Counted from the stretch's first letter, positions 18,349-29,129 are shown. The stretch: DNA of 51,758 nt from an uncultured Bacteroidota bacterium (GCA_913055895.1 CAJXLE010000002.1:1-51758), one strand, 5' to 3'. Translations and numbers: made by a program. Notes: generated from the letters alone by a model not told the origin.

Positions 18349-20940
18349 ATGGATGCAAAATTTTCACAGCGAATCAAGGATGTATTGACTTACAGTAAGG
18401 AAGAAGCCATCAGGCTGGGCAATGCCTACATCGGCACGGAGCATTTGCTGCTTGGTATGTTGCGTGAAGGAGAAGGACTGGCCATAGACATCCTGGAATC
18501 CTTTGAGGTGGATCTTGGTGAATTAAAAGGAATGATCGAAGATCGCATACAAACCAGCGACAAAGTACTGGCAGATACCGACAACATACCCCTCTACAAA
18601 ACGGCCGAGCGGGCGTTGAAACTGGTGTACCTGGAGGCCAAATCCTTCAACAGCAGCACCATCAATACCGGTCATCTGATCCTGGCCATCCTGAAGGATC
18701 AGAACAGCCTGGTCACTCAGCTGCTGAGCGAATTCGACATTGATTACGACGATGTTCGCATAGAGATGGAAACCAAACAAAAGGAAACCGAAAACAAAGC
18801 CGATTTTGGAGAAGAAGAGGAAGACATGCCCTTCGGCGGAAGCAAGAAAGGCTCGCAATCCGAGGGCCAGTCCAAATCGGATACGCCCGTGCTGGACAAT
18901 TTCGGCATGGACCTGACCAAGGCAGCCGAGGAAAACTCGCTCGACCCCATCGTGGGTCGTGACAGCGAGATAGAGCGTCTGGCCCAGATACTGAGCAGAA
19001 GAAAGAAAAACAACCCGGTGCTCATCGGCGAGCCGGGTGTCGGCAAGTCGGCGATCGTGGAAGGCCTTTCCATGCGCATCATTCAGCGAAAGGTCTCGCG
19101 GGTGCTTTTTGACAAGCGCATTGTCACCCTCGACCTGGCTTCCATTGTGGCCGGCACCAAGTACCGGGGTCAGTTTGAGGAACGAATGAAAGCCATCCTC
19201 AACGAACTGTCCAAGAACCCCAACATCATCCTCTTTATCGATGAGATACACACCATCGTGGGAGCCGGCGGAGCAACAGGCTCGCTGGATGCCGCCAACA
19301 TGCTCAAGCCCGCCCTTTCCAGGGGGGAGATACAGACCATTGGCGCCACCACCCTCGATGAATACCGCCAGCACATTGAAAAAGATGGTGCCCTGGAGAG
19401 AAGGTTCCAGAAGGTGATGGTGGATCCCACCACCCCGGAGGAAACCATCGACATCCTTAAAAACATCAAGGAACGCTATGAGGACCATCACAATGTGAAC
19501 TACACCGAAGAGGCCATCAAGGCCTGTGTTCACCTTACGCAGCGTTACATCACCGACCGCTATCTTCCCGACAAGGCCATCGACGCCATGGACGAGGCCG
19601 GATCGCGTGTGCACATATCCAACATTGTGGTGCCCCAGCGCATCCTTGATCTTGAGCAACAGATAGAAGAGATCAAGCAGCAGAAAATTTCTGCTGTAAA
19701 GAACCAGAATTTCGAATCGGCCGCCAACTACCGCGACTCCGAGAAGAAGATGCTGGCCAAGCTCGAGGAAGAAAAGGACAACTGGGAGAAGGAGTTGGAA
19801 AAGAACCGCGAGACGGTCACCGAAGAAGAAGTGGCCGAAGTGGTGGCCATGATGACAGGTGTACCCGTCCAGCGGATTGCTGAAGCCGAAGGTACCCGGC
19901 TGATGAAGATGAATGAAGAACTCCGCAAAAATGTGGTGGGTCAGGACGAGGCCATCGAAAAAGTGGTGAAAGCCATTCGCAGGAACCGGGCCGGACTGAA
20001 AGATCCCAACAAACCCATCGGATCGTTCATCTTCCTTGGTCCCACCGGTGTCGGCAAGACCCAGATGGCCAAGATCCTCACCCAGTACCTGTTCCAGTCG
20101 ACCGAGAACCTGATACGCATGGACATGAGCGAATACATGGAGAAATTCAGCGTCTCCCGACTGGTAGGAGCTCCCCCGGGATACATTGGCTATGAGGAAG
20201 GCGGCCAGTTGACCGAGAAAGTACGCAGAAAGCCCTATTCGGTCATCCTGCTCGATGAGATCGAAAAAGCCCACCCCGATGTGTTCCATCTGCTGCTGCA
20301 GGTGCTAGATGAAGGGCAGCTGACCGACAGCCTGGGTCGACGGGTGGATTTCAGGAATACGATCATCATCATGACCTCCAACATAGGAAGCCGTCAGCTC
20401 AAGGACTTTGGAAAGGGCGTGGGCTTTGAGACCCAAAGCCGGGCCCAGTCAAGCAACGAGCTGGCCAAGAGCGTCATCCAAAAAGCCCTCAAGCGCTCCT
20501 TTGCCCCCGAGTTCCTGAACAGGCTCGACGATGTGATCATCTTCAACTCGCTATCGAAGGAGCACATCTACGAGATCATCGACATCGAACTGCAGGGGCT
20601 CTATGAAAGGGTTCACAACCTGGGCTACCGCATAGAGATCTCGCGCGAAGCCAAGGACTACATATGTGACAAAGGCTACGATGATCAGTTCGGAGCACGG
20701 CCGCTGAAGCGGGCCATCCAGAAGTATGTTGAAGATCCGATGGCCGAGACCATTATCAAACACGACATCAAGGAGGGCGACCAGCTGAAGGTGGCCTATG
20801 ACAAAGAAAACGAAGAGATCAATATAAATGTAAAAAAAACCGATAAGTCGGAGCTGGAACAGGAATCGCAGCAGTCGGACGAAGATGAGGGTGACGGCAA
20901 TTCCGACCTGTCGAAAAAGGCTAAGAACAATAAAAATTAA
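18349..20940 (+). CDS. clpC: ATP-dependent Clp protease ATP-binding subunit ClpC
   Basis: Clp_N repeats ([10 protein letters not shown] / [10 protein letters not shown]). Walker A motifs GEPGVGKS and GPTGVGKT. The short UVR-type middle domain ([14 protein letters not shown]) fits ClpC rather than the long ClpB M-domain. A VGF loop is consistent with ClpP docking. Confidence 0.93.
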   Translation: MDAKFSQRIKDVLTYSKEEAIRLGNAYIGTEHLLLGMLREGEGLAIDILESFEVDLGELKGMIEDRIQTSDKVLADTDNIPLYKTAERALKLVYLEAKSFNSSTINTGHLILAILKDQNSLVTQLLSEFDIDYDDVRIEMETKQKETENKADFGEEEEDMPFGGSKKGSQSEGQSKSDTPVLDNFGMDLTKAAEENSLDPIVGRDSEIERLAQILSRRKKNNPVLIGEPGVGKSAIVEGLSMRIIQRKVSRVLFDKRIVTLDLASIVAGTKYRGQFEERMKAILNELSKNPNIILFIDEIHTIVGAGGATGSLDAANMLKPALSRGEIQTIGATTLDEYRQHIEKDGALERRFQKVMVDPTTPEETIDILKNIKERYEDHHNVNYTEEAIKACVHLTQRYITDRYLPDKAIDAMDEAGSRVHISNIVVPQRILDLEQQIEEIKQQKISAVKNQNFESAANYRDSEKKMLAKLEEEKDNWEKELEKNRETVTEEEVAEVVAMMTGVPVQRIAEAEGTRLMKMNEELRKNVVGQDEAIEKVVKAIRRNRAGLKDPNKPIGSFIFLGPTGVGKTQMAKILTQYLFQSTENLIRMDMSEYMEKFSVSRLVGAPPGYIGYEEGGQLTEKVRRKPYSVILLDEIEKAHPDVFHLLLQVLDEGQLTDSLGRRVDFRNTIIIMTSNIGSRQLKDFGKGVGFETQSRAQSSNELAKSVIQKALKRSFAPEFLNRLDDVIIFNSLSKEHIYEIIDIELQGLYERVHNLGYRIEISREAKDYICDKGYDDQFGARPLKRAIQKYVEDPMAETIIKHDIKEGDQLKVAYDKENEEININVKKTDKSELEQESQQSDEDEGDGNSDLSKKAKNNKN

Positions 20941-20945
20941 GTTTT

Positions 20946-21461
20946 ATGGAGAAAAACAAAGATAAGGTCACTTTCGGGGGCAATCCCGTTACACTGGTGG
21001 GCACCCCCATTAAACAGGGCGATGAAGCGCCCGACTTCACCGTGCTGGACAACGGACTGAACCCCAAGAAACTCTCAGACTACGAAGGAAAAGTCAGGAT
21101 TCTTTCTGTTTTTCCCTCTGTAGACACCAGCGTTTGTTCCAAACAAAACAAAAGGTTCAATCAGGAAGCCGCCAACCTGGACAGCAACATGGTCATACTG
21201 GCCCTGTCCAACGACCTGCCTTTTGCCCTGAACCGCTTTTGCGACGCAGAGGGCATTGACCAGGTGGTGACCCTGTCCGACCACAAGGATGTGGATTTTG
21301 GAACCAAATATGGTTTTCTAATTGAAGAATTGCGGCTTCTGGCCCGCGGCGTAGTGGTGGTGGATCAAAACAACATCGTCCGTTATGTGGAATACGTACC
21401 GGAGATTGGCAATGAGCCCGACTACGAAGCCGCCCTCAACGCTGCCAAAAAACTTGTATAG
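20946..21461 (+). CDS. tpx: Thiol peroxidase (Tpx-type peroxiredoxin)
   Basis: FPSVDTSVCSKQ (peroxidatic Cys) and LNRFCDAEG (resolving Cys). 171 aa. Starts 5 nt after the clpC stop. Confidence 0.9.
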   Translation: MEKNKDKVTFGGNPVTLVGTPIKQGDEAPDFTVLDNGLNPKKLSDYEGKVRILSVFPSVDTSVCSKQNKRFNQEAANLDSNMVILALSNDLPFALNRFCDAEGIDQVVTLSDHKDVDFGTKYGFLIEELRLLARGVVVVDQNNIVRYVEYVPEIGNEPDYEAALNAAKKLV

Positions 21462-21490
21462 AGGACTTCACAACACTTAATTATAAAAAA

Positions 21491-21524
21491 GGGCATTCCG
21501 GAGACAGGAATGCCCTTTTTTTTT
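21491..21524. terminator. Bidirectional rho-independent terminator between convergent tpx and rimO
   Basis: A6, GGGCATTCC (21491-21499), loop GGAGACA, GGAATGCCC (21507-21515), T9. Confidence 0.8.
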
Positions 21525-21582
21525 ATGCTTCTGGTGTCAGAGACAATGTTTTATCCAGGTGTGCGAGAGCTGGTAAAGATCA

Positions 21583-22890
21583 TCAGACACACGAGGCATC
21601 ATTTAAACCTGCATGAAGGTCATACTCGGTAGCTGCGGTGATGGTGGCCTCATAAAAACACCCAGGCTTTAAAGCCGTCTGGCCGTCCAGGGCAATGACC
21701 ACGCCATTGTCAACCTCAGGTGCATCTCCCTGGGTTCTACCATATGCATATCCATCGCCCACCTCATCAATGAGCACCTTCACCCGGCTGCCCACGCGCT
21801 GCTGGTTTTTTTGCAAAGAAATCTCCTGTTGCAGCTTCATCAGCTCGTCCGCCCGCTCTCTTTTGACACAGGCGGGAACATCATCCCTGTAGGTGTCGGC
21901 CGAATGCGTTCCTTCCTCTTCGGAATAGGTAAAAACCCCCAGGCGGTCGAAACGGACCTGTCGGACAAACTCAAGCAATTCGAGAAAATCCTTGTCGCTT
22001 TCGCCGGGGTGACCTACAAGCAGAGTTGTTCTTAAGGTAACCCTGGGTATTTTGCTCTTTATCAATTCAATAAGACTTTCTGCATGTTGCCGGTTGTGCC
22101 CCCTCCTCATCCTTTTCAGCATCCTGTCGGATATGTGCTGCAGGGGTATGTCGAGATAATGGCAAATGGAGCCGGATTGCTGCATCATATCGAGCACACC
22201 GGTGGGAAAGCCGGCCGGATAGGCATAAAGTAAACGGATCCATTCAAAGGCATGCAACCCTTCAAGCGATTCCAGCAGTCCGGGCAACATCTTTTTGTTG
22301 TAATAATCCTGGCCGTAGCAACTCAAATCCTGCGCAATCAGGTTCAACTCACGAACACCTTTACCGGCAAGAAAAGAAGCTTCCTTTTGAAGTTCTTCTA
22401 AAGGTTTTGACTTGTAATTTCCTTTTATTAAGGGTATTGAACAAAACGAGCAACTGCGGTTGCAACCCTCCGCCACCTTCAGGTAGGCGTAGTGGTGGGG
22501 CGTAGCCAGATGACGTTGATGGCAAAGCGATTCGTCGAATCTGCCCCTGAGGATGGCTACTATACGGTGCTGTTCATAGACACCAAAAAAACCATCCACC
22601 TCAGGCATCTCCCGGGCCAGTTCATCCCGGTAACGCTGCGAAAGACATCCCATAACATACAGGCGGGATATGTGGCCCTGTTCTTTTTGACGGGCATGTT
22701 CAAGGATGATCTCTATGGATTCCTGTTTGGCATCGTTGATAAAGCCGCAGGTGTTGATGATGGTGATCCCGGCCGGGCTCCCGGCCTCGTGTTCAACCTG
22801 GAACCCGTTGTTTTGAAGCTGACTGGAGAGGTATTCCGAATCGACAAGGTTTTTCGAGCAACCCAGTGTAACGATGTTGACCCTGGACAT
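21583..22890 (-). CDS. rimO: Ribosomal protein S12 methylthiotransferase RimO
   Basis: UPF0004 N-terminal domain (VNIVTLGCSKNLVDSE), radical SAM CNRSCSFCSIP, and a C-terminal TRAM-like domain. Confidence 0.9.
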   Translation of the reverse strand: MSRVNIVTLGCSKNLVDSEYLSSQLQNNGFQVEHEAGSPAGITIINTCGFINDAKQESIEIILEHARQKEQGHISRLYVMGCLSQRYRDELAREMPEVDGFFGVYEQHRIVAILRGRFDESLCHQRHLATPHHYAYLKVAEGCNRSCSFCSIPLIKGNYKSKPLEELQKEASFLAGKGVRELNLIAQDLSCYGQDYYNKKMLPGLLESLEGLHAFEWIRLLYAYPAGFPTGVLDMMQQSGSICHYLDIPLQHISDRMLKRMRRGHNRQHAESLIELIKSKIPRVTLRTTLLVGHPGESDKDFLELLEFVRQVRFDRLGVFTYSEEEGTHSADTYRDDVPACVKRERADELMKLQQEISLQKNQQRVGSRVKVLIDEVGDGYAYGRTQGDAPEVDNGVVIALDGQTALKPGCFYEATITAATEYDLHAGLNDASCV

Positions 22891-22893
22891 GAT

Positions 22894-23841
22894 TTATTCC
22901 TTAAAGAGGGAATCGACAAACTCCTCACGGTTAAAGATCTGCAGATCCTCCATGCGTTCGCCAATGCCTATGTACTTGACAGGTATGTTGAACTGGTCGG
23001 ATACCCCGATGACCACACCGCCCTTGGCCGTACCGTCGAGTTTGGTCAGGGCCAGGGCATTGACCTCTGTGATGCGGGTAAACTGCTTGGCCTGCTCAAA
23101 GGCATTCTGACCGGTGGAGCCGTCGAGTATGAGCAGCACCTCATGAGGGGCTTCGGGAATGACTTTTTTCATGACCCGCTTGATCTTGGCCAGCTCATTC
23201 ATCAGGTTGGTCTTGTTGTGCAGGCGTCCGGCAGTGTCGATGATGGCCACATCGGCTCCATTGGCTTTGGCGCTGCTCAGGGTGTCATAGGCCACGGAGG
23301 CCGGATCAGAACCCATGCGTTGCTTGACCAGGGGCACATCCACGCGCCGGGCCCAAACATTGAGCTGGTCGATGGCGGCTGCACGATAGGTATCGGCAGC
23401 ACCCAGGTATACCTTCTTGCCGCTGGTCTTGAACTGATGGGCCAGCTTGGCGATGGTGGTGGTCTTGCCAACACCGTTCACCCCCACCACCATGATCACA
23501 TAGGGACCGTTTTCGGCTTTGAAGGAGGTGTCCACCTGCTGCTCGTTCTCTTTCAGCAGTCCACTGATCTCCTCCCTGAGGATCTTGTTGAGCTCGGAGA
23601 TGTTCATATACTTATCGCGGGCCACCCGGTTTTCAATACGTTCGATGATTTTCAGGGTGGTGTTGACACCCACATCGGAGGTGATCAGCACCTCTTCGAG
23701 GTTGTCGAGCACCTCATCATCGACTTTTGATTTGCCAACTACAGCCCGTCCGAGTTTCCGGAAAACATTCTCCTTTGTTTTTTCCAGTCCCTTGTCGAGG
23801 GTATCTTTCTTGTCTTTCGAAAAGATTCCAAATGCGGCCAT
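22894..23841 (-). CDS. ftsY: Signal recognition particle receptor FtsY
   Basis: NG domain motifs VVGVNGVGKTTTIAKLA, DTAGRL, TKLDGTAKGG. Confidence 0.95.
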   Translation of the reverse strand: MAAFGIFSKDKKDTLDKGLEKTKENVFRKLGRAVVGKSKVDDEVLDNLEEVLITSDVGVNTTLKIIERIENRVARDKYMNISELNKILREEISGLLKENEQQVDTSFKAENGPYVIMVVGVNGVGKTTTIAKLAHQFKTSGKKVYLGAADTYRAAAIDQLNVWARRVDVPLVKQRMGSDPASVAYDTLSSAKANGADVAIIDTAGRLHNKTNLMNELAKIKRVMKKVIPEAPHEVLLILDGSTGQNAFEQAKQFTRITEVNALALTKLDGTAKGGVVIGVSDQFNIPVKYIGIGERMEDLQIFNREEFVDSLFKE

Positions 23842-23893
23842 TGTTGAGGTGTTTAAAGCATGTTGTCTCTGGTGGCAAAATTAATAATAAAAT

Positions 23894-23921
23894 AAAAGCT
23901 TTCCGTGCGGGGAAAGCTTTT
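23894..23921 (-). terminator. Hairpin (terminator or attenuator) between the r-protein genes and ftsY
   Basis: AAAAGCTTTCC (23894-23904), loop GTGCGG, GGAAAGCTTTT (23911-23921). On the minus strand it is followed by the T-rich TTTTATTTTATTATTAA. Confidence 0.6.
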
Positions 23922-23954
23922 ATGCATAAAACTCGCTTCTTCCGGTTGTTCTTC

Positions 23955-24107
23955 TTACTTCTTGAAGAATTCGCTTACCTTGTCCTTATGCACCATGCGT
24001 TGTTCAAAGGTATAGGCTTTCTTACCCTTTTCCTTTACGGGCTTGATGCATTTGATAAAGTCCTTTCCGCTTCCGGTTTGTAGTGATGCAACGGTTTTCT
24101 TGGCCAT
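23955..24107 (-). CDS. DUF4295 family small protein (50 aa)
   Basis: Below the track cutoff and translated by hand: MAKKTVASLQTGSGKDFIKCIKPVKEKGKKAYTFEQRMVHKDKVSEFFKK*. It sits 6 nt downstream of rpmG, the position DUF4295 occupies in Bacteroidota. Confidence 0.75.
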   Translation of the reverse strand: MAKKTVASLQTGSGKDFIKCIKPVKEKGKKAYTFEQRMVHKDKVSEFFKK

Positions 24108-24113
24108 AACTTC

Positions 24114-24299
24114 TTATTTTATCTCTTTGTGAACAGTCACTTTTTTCAGATAGGGATTGTATTTTTTCAGCTCCATCTTCTTGGGCGTATTTTTTTTATT
24201 CTTGGTGGTGATGTACCTGGACATGCCTGGTACTCCCGATTTCTTCTGCTCGGTACATTCGAGGATGATCTGTACCCTGTCGCCTTTTTTCTTAGCCAT
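24114..24299 (-). CDS. rpmG: 50S ribosomal protein L33
   Basis: [61 protein letters not shown]. Confidence 0.95.
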   Translation of the reverse strand: MAKKKGDRVQIILECTEQKKSGVPGMSRYITTKNKKNTPKKMELKKYNPYLKKVTVHKEIK

Positions 24300-24314
24300 A
24301 ATGCTCAGGTTTTA

Positions 24315-24557
24315 TTAATAATTATGAATATAACCGTTTTGTTTTGCCTGATCCAGTGCTGCCTTCAATCCTTTTTTGGTGATGATCTTCATCCCTGCAG
24401 CCGATACATTCAGGGTAACCCAACGGTTCTCCTCCGGCAGATAGAACCTCTTTTTAAACAAATTGGGATAAAACACCCGTTTCATCTTCTTGTTCGAGTG
24501 CGAGACATGGTTACCCACAAGGCCTTTTCTTCCTGTTATCTGACAAATTCTTGACAT
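24315..24557 (-). CDS. rpmB: 50S ribosomal protein L28
   Basis: [63 protein letters not shown]. Confidence 0.95.
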   Translation of the reverse strand: MSRICQITGRKGLVGNHVSHSNKKMKRVFYPNLFKKRFYLPEENRWVTLNVSAAGMKIITKKGLKAALDQAKQNGYIHNY

Positions 24558-24638
24558 CGTTTTAAGGTTTTCGTTTTTTTAACGGTTTGCAAATTACGGT
24601 ATTTTTCCTCAAATTATCAAATTCTCAGGTTAGTTTTT

Positions 24639-25883
24639 TCAAATTTCTTCCCAGATCAGTCTTTTCAACAATACAAGCGCTGTATTGGTTGCTTTCTGGA
24701 TGTTCAGTACACGGTCCTTTCCAAAGACAAACCGCCTGGCATGAACCCCTTTCTCGCTGGCAACGGCAATCCATGTGGTGCCGACACTTTTTGTAGGGGT
24801 GTCACCTGTGGGACCCGCAATACCCGAGACAGCAACGGCATAATCGACCTGAAAAAGATCCAGGGCTCCCCGGGCCATCTCTTCCACCACCTGTCGGCTT
24901 ACGGCACCATGTTCGTGAAGGGTTGGTTCAGCTACTCCCAGCAAACGCATCTTGATGCCGTTGCTGTAGGTAACCGCCGCCCCCCTGAAGTAGCGCGAAC
25001 TGCCTGGTACCGAAGTAATCCTTTGGGCAATGGAGCCACCCGTGCAACTCTCGGCCGTGGCAAGGGTTCGGTCCATTCCGGCCAGCTTTTGGCCTATCAA
25101 TTGCTCAAGCGACTCCTCCCCGATATGAACAATATAGGGTGATGCGACAGCCTTCAGTTCGGCCAGCTTTTCGTCCAGCAGCTGAATCAGTTGCTTCTCA
25201 TCCTTACCCCTGCCGCTCAGGCGAATACGCACCAGGCCCGAACCCGGGAGGTAGGCCAGATCCAGCTGAGCCGGCAAATTTTTCTCATAATCCTTCAATT
25301 TTTGGGCCAGGTGAGCTTCAGGAAGTCCTTGTGTGACAATAATTTGATAACGATAATATTCATTCCCTGCCGGACGGTTTAACTCGCCCGCCACGGCCTT
25401 TTCCATCAAATCACGCATCTCTGCAGGAACACCTGGCATAAAATAATAGCAGCAGCCGTCTTTTTCCAGTCCCAGGCCGGGAGCCGTCCCCACCTGGTTG
25501 ATGAACACCCTTGCCCCTTCGGGGGTTTTGGCCTGTTCGCGGTTCAGCCTGCTCACCCCATAGCCCCTCTCAGCCAGGTAAGTCTCCAGTCGCCGGTAAA
25601 CCTGGTCGTTCATCTGCCAGGCTGCCCCAAAGAATTGTTCAATGGCACGGCGGGTCACATCATCGCGTGTGGGTCCCAGTCCCCCTGTCACCAGCAAGGC
25701 ACTGGAGCGTTTTTGTGCAGATGCCAGCTCCCAAAAGATGGCTTCCGGGGTGTCGGGCAAAGAGGTGATGCGCTGCACCCGGTGTCCCTTGTCGGAGAGG
25801 AACCGGGCCATCCATTGTGCATTGGTGTCGGCTGTATGACCGATCAGCAACTCATCGCCTATGGTTATGATCTCCACTGTCAT
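24639..25883 (-). CDS. cinA: CinA family protein (MoCF-binding domain + nicotinamide-nucleotide amidohydrolase PncC domain)
   Basis: VEIITIGDELLIGHTADTN and TGGLGPTRDDVT in the N-terminal domain. TAESCTGGSIA and VSGIAGP in the C-terminal CinA domain. I prefer the ATG at 25883 (MTVEII). The track ORF extends 13 codons further to 25922. Confidence 0.88.
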   Translation of the reverse strand: MTVEIITIGDELLIGHTADTNAQWMARFLSDKGHRVQRITSLPDTPEAIFWELASAQKRSSALLVTGGLGPTRDDVTRRAIEQFFGAAWQMNDQVYRRLETYLAERGYGVSRLNREQAKTPEGARVFINQVGTAPGLGLEKDGCCYYFMPGVPAEMRDLMEKAVAGELNRPAGNEYYRYQIIVTQGLPEAHLAQKLKDYEKNLPAQLDLAYLPGSGLVRIRLSGRGKDEKQLIQLLDEKLAELKAVASPYIVHIGEESLEQLIGQKLAGMDRTLATAESCTGGSIAQRITSVPGSSRYFRGAAVTYSNGIKMRLLGVAEPTLHEHGAVSRQVVEEMARGALDLFQVDYAVAVSGIAGPTGDTPTKSVGTTWIAVASEKGVHARRFVFGKDRVLNIQKATNTALVLLKRLIWEEI

Positions 25884-26011
25884 ATGCTTGTCATTTCGCG
25901 CATTGATTTGTGTTTGATTCATTTATTGGCCAGATGACATTTTTCCAAACCTGCCTTGGCGGGAAGGCCTTTTTGTTGAATCTGTTTTGTCCCATATCCA
26001 TTCTGAAGGAG

Positions 26012-27262
26012 TCACCCGTTTACATCAGTATGTTGCAAATGCTCCATGCGTTGCAACAGGGTGGGATGAGAATGGTGCACCTTTACATAAAGGGGATGGG
26101 GTGTAAGATTACTTAAGTTTTTAACTGAAAGCTTTTTAAGGGCTTCAACCAAAGCATCACTTAAACCATGTCGGCGGGCAAAAGCATCGGCCCGGTATTC
26201 GTGCCGACGGGAAAGGTAATTCATACCTATGCCCAGGACAGTGGATATGGGACTATAGAGCAGGCTAAAAGCAATCAGGGCAATGTGGAAGCTCGGCTCA
26301 CTCACTCCCAGGGCCCGGGAAAGCACGGGGTTGTTTATAAAAAGTGAAAGTATGTAAAGGGTGATGCCGGTTTGGACAACCGACAGCAGCAGGTTAACCA
26401 GGGTGTGTCGCTTGCGGTAATGGCCCATCTCATGGGTTAAAACAGCAAGAATCTGTTTGACACCCAATTCATTGACAAGGGTATCGAACAACACAATGCG
26501 CTTTTGCTTTCCCAGTCCGCTGAAAAAAGCATTGGCCTTGGTCGAGCGCCTGGAGCCATCCATGACAAATACATCCCTGAGACTGAATCCCACACGGCGG
26601 CAAAGATCATATATCTCCTTCTTCAGGGTGCCTTCCTCGAGTGGGGTGAGTTTGTTGAAAAGGGGTAAAATCCAGTGGGTGTAAAACATGGTTAGAAAAA
26701 CGGTAAACAATGTGACCAGCATCCAGGCAAAAAGCCAGAACATCGGACCGGTTTGGTGGTAAAACCACACCACACCCACCAGCAAACCGCCTCCCAGAAC
26801 AGCGGTAAGGAGATATCCCTTAAGCTTGTCGGCTATAAAAGTAGAAGGGGTGGTTTTGTTAAAGCCATACCTTTCTTCTATGACAAAAGTATCATACAGG
26901 GCAAAGGGCAGGTTGATCAGATCCCATGCCAGCATGAGGATGCCAAAAAAGACCAGGGGAATCACCAGTCTGTGAGAGGAGATCTCTCGTGCCCATTGGT
27001 CAACCAGGGCAAAACCGTCGAGAAATAAAAAGACGAGGACCACCAGGAGGCTAACGGTGGAAGCTATAAAGGAAAGCTTTTGGTTGTCGGCCTTATATTG
27101 CTGGGAGCGACGGTATTCATCTTCGGGATAAATATCCTCCAGGGACTCGGGCAATTCCACACTGCGGTGGCGGGCATTGAGCCACTCCAGGTATTGCTCG
27201 GCCAGGTAGTTGACCACCAGTATGGCCACAATCACATAAAAAAGCATTTGAGGCGTTGTCAT
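26012..27262 (-). CDS. M48 family zinc metallopeptidase (Ste24/HtpX-like), integral membrane
   Basis: Multiple TM helices. HEMGH zinc motif (LTHEMGHYRKRH), a downstream E...RRHEYRAD region and C-terminal HPxxxxR (HSHPTLLQR). Confidence 0.85.
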   Translation of the reverse strand: MTTPQMLFYVIVAILVVNYLAEQYLEWLNARHRSVELPESLEDIYPEDEYRRSQQYKADNQKLSFIASTVSLLVVLVFLFLDGFALVDQWAREISSHRLVIPLVFFGILMLAWDLINLPFALYDTFVIEERYGFNKTTPSTFIADKLKGYLLTAVLGGGLLVGVVWFYHQTGPMFWLFAWMLVTLFTVFLTMFYTHWILPLFNKLTPLEEGTLKKEIYDLCRRVGFSLRDVFVMDGSRRSTKANAFFSGLGKQKRIVLFDTLVNELGVKQILAVLTHEMGHYRKRHTLVNLLLSVVQTGITLYILSLFINNPVLSRALGVSEPSFHIALIAFSLLYSPISTVLGIGMNYLSRRHEYRADAFARRHGLSDALVEALKKLSVKNLSNLTPHPLYVKVHHSHPTLLQRMEHLQHTDVNG

Positions 27263-27317
27263 GGATCACACAATTTTGAAGGCCCAAAAATAGAAAAAAT
27301 CAGACAAACCCGTTGCA

Positions 27318-28301
27318 TCAGATGGGCATCTGCTGTTCGATATCCTCGAGTTTGTCCTGTCTCTCCAACAGAACCTTCTTATACTCGCGGGCCTTTTTAT
27401 AGGAGTAGATGTCAAGGGCCCGGTTGATCCATTCAATGGCCAGGTCCATCTCGCCCATCATCTCACAGGCAAAAGCAATGTTGAAGGCGGCACGGAAAGC
27501 CAATTCCTGGCTGTCATTTTTAAAAGCCTTTTTCCACAGGTCGATTGCCTTTTGCCATTGGTTGTCCCCCACATGCTTTCTTGCATCGCGGAAAAGCCTA
27601 TTACCCCGGGCAAAATAGGTCCTGCTTTCCTGAACCCAGTATGGAAACATGCGTTGGCCTATGTCATATCCTGCCCAGTAGGATGACTGGCGAAAAGCAC
27701 GGTTGAGACCGATCAGTCTCATGGTTGCCTCCCGTTTATCGGTAGAGACCGACTCCCATACAAACTGCTCCTTGTATTGCTGTTCGCTGAAGACCTCCCG
27801 CTTATCAGGATCATAGATACGCCAGTAAATATCGGCTTCCACCTGGTAAACGAAATAGTAGTTGGCAATGCCATAATCGTATATAAGCTCCAGGTCCAGG
27901 CTGTCGGTCATGGCAAAACGGTGGAATACGGCCAGGGCGTCCAGGTTGAGGCTGTCGGTATAATGTTTTACCTGCGACCACGTCAGCGTGTCATAGGCAA
28001 TGGTATCGCGGGAAGGCTCAATCTTCATCAGGGCCCTTGTATTGAAGCGCGGGGAGGTAGATGCCACATCCATCATGCCGGTCCACATCTGCTGTCGCCC
28101 GTCCACCTCGGGCACCTGGTTTTCGCGTGTATTGATCATTATCCGGGGTTCACCGATCAGGTAGCCCACCCGGTAAATTTCATCGGGAAAAGTCATTCCT
28201 GCGGGCTCCAGGACATCTGTGTTGATCTTCTCCACGGGACTGCATCCAATCATCAAGAGCAACAAAAGCGGTATCCAACCCGGCCGGTATTTAAGTTTCA
28301 T
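27318..28301 (-). CDS. Lipoprotein of unknown function (DUF6340-like, C-terminal TPR-like helices)
   Basis: Lipobox LLLLMIGCSP. The C-terminal WQKAIDLWKKAF ... AAFNIAFACEMMGEMDLAIEWINRAL resembles a TPR pair. The family assignment is from memory only. Confidence 0.55.
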   Translation of the reverse strand: MKLKYRPGWIPLLLLLMIGCSPVEKINTDVLEPAGMTFPDEIYRVGYLIGEPRIMINTRENQVPEVDGRQQMWTGMMDVASTSPRFNTRALMKIEPSRDTIAYDTLTWSQVKHYTDSLNLDALAVFHRFAMTDSLDLELIYDYGIANYYFVYQVEADIYWRIYDPDKREVFSEQQYKEQFVWESVSTDKREATMRLIGLNRAFRQSSYWAGYDIGQRMFPYWVQESRTYFARGNRLFRDARKHVGDNQWQKAIDLWKKAFKNDSQELAFRAAFNIAFACEMMGEMDLAIEWINRALDIYSYKKAREYKKVLLERQDKLEDIEQQMPI

Positions 28302-28357
28302 GTCTACCTCCCTTCCACTTCAAAAGTTAGGTTTATAGATATAACAACCGGCTGGGA

Positions 28358-29104
28358 TCAGGTGTTCATGCCACCACACACCTGAATCACCTGGCCGGTA
28401 ATATAAGATGAAAGGTCGGAGGCAAGGAACAAGGCAGTATTGGCCACATCCTCCGGTTTGCCTCCCCGCTTCAGGGGTATTTGTTCGGCCCACTGCTTTT
28501 TAACATCTTCGCTCAGCTGACCCGTCATCTCGGTGATGATGAAACCCGGGGCAATGGCATTGACACGTATGTTTCTGGAGCCCAGTTCACGGGCAACCGA
28601 CTTGGTGAAACCAATGATGCCGGCCTTGCTGGCTGAATAATTAGATTGCCCGGCATTGCCACTTACGCCCACCACCGAGCTCATATTGATGATGCTGCCG
28701 GATTTTTGCTTAAGCATGGAACGCTGAATGGCTTTGGTGAAATTGAAAACCGATTTCAGGTTCACATTGATCACCGCGTCCCATTGGTCTTCGGTCATCC
28801 GCATGAGCAGGGTATCCTTGGTAATTCCGGCATTGTTTACCAGCACGTCAATGCCCCCAAAATCCTTCACTATCTGGTCGACCGTTTGCTGAACCTGCTC
28901 CATATTACTGGCATCCGACTCATAACCCCTGCCATGGACGCCATAACCGGCAATCTCCTTTTCGACCGCCTCCATGTTCTCATCCCGCTTCAGGTCGATA
29001 AAGGCAATATCGGCGCCGGCTTCGGCAAACTTCATGGCAATGGATTTTCCGATGCCCCTGCTGGCACCGGTTATTAGCGCTTTCTTTCCTTCGAGTAATT
29101 TCAT
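28358..29104 (-). CDS. fabG: 3-oxoacyl-[acyl-carrier-protein] reductase
   Basis: SDR motifs ALITGASRGIGK, VNNAG, YSASKAG. 248 aa. Confidence 0.9.
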   Translation of the reverse strand: MKLLEGKKALITGASRGIGKSIAMKFAEAGADIAFIDLKRDENMEAVEKEIAGYGVHGRGYESDASNMEQVQQTVDQIVKDFGGIDVLVNNAGITKDTLLMRMTEDQWDAVINVNLKSVFNFTKAIQRSMLKQKSGSIINMSSVVGVSGNAGQSNYSASKAGIIGFTKSVARELGSRNIRVNAIAPGFIITEMTGQLSEDVKKQWAEQIPLKRGGKPEDVANTALFLASDLSSYITGQVIQVCGGMNT

Positions 29105-29129
29105 AGTAGGATCGTTTTTAAATTTTGAG

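Noticed and set aside
18523-20289. 588-aa ORF antisense to clpC, the longest unassigned ORF in the track. The 306-aa and 380-aa ORFs antisense to gyrA (15968-16888 and 16904-18046) are similar.
   Set aside because: Its triplets coincide exactly with the clpC codons (both start at 1 modulo 3), so it is a shadow of a gene that lacks TTA/CTA/TCA codons. The translation is low-complexity (V/G/H/D/L/F-rich) with no recognisable motif. The sense strand encodes full-length, motif-complete ClpC and GyrA.
22492-23730. 412-aa plus-strand ORF spanning the rimO/ftsY junction.
   Set aside because: rimO and ftsY are in the same frame (3-nt gap), and this ORF is codon-aligned antisense to both. It continues across the junction by chance. 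The product has no domain signature.
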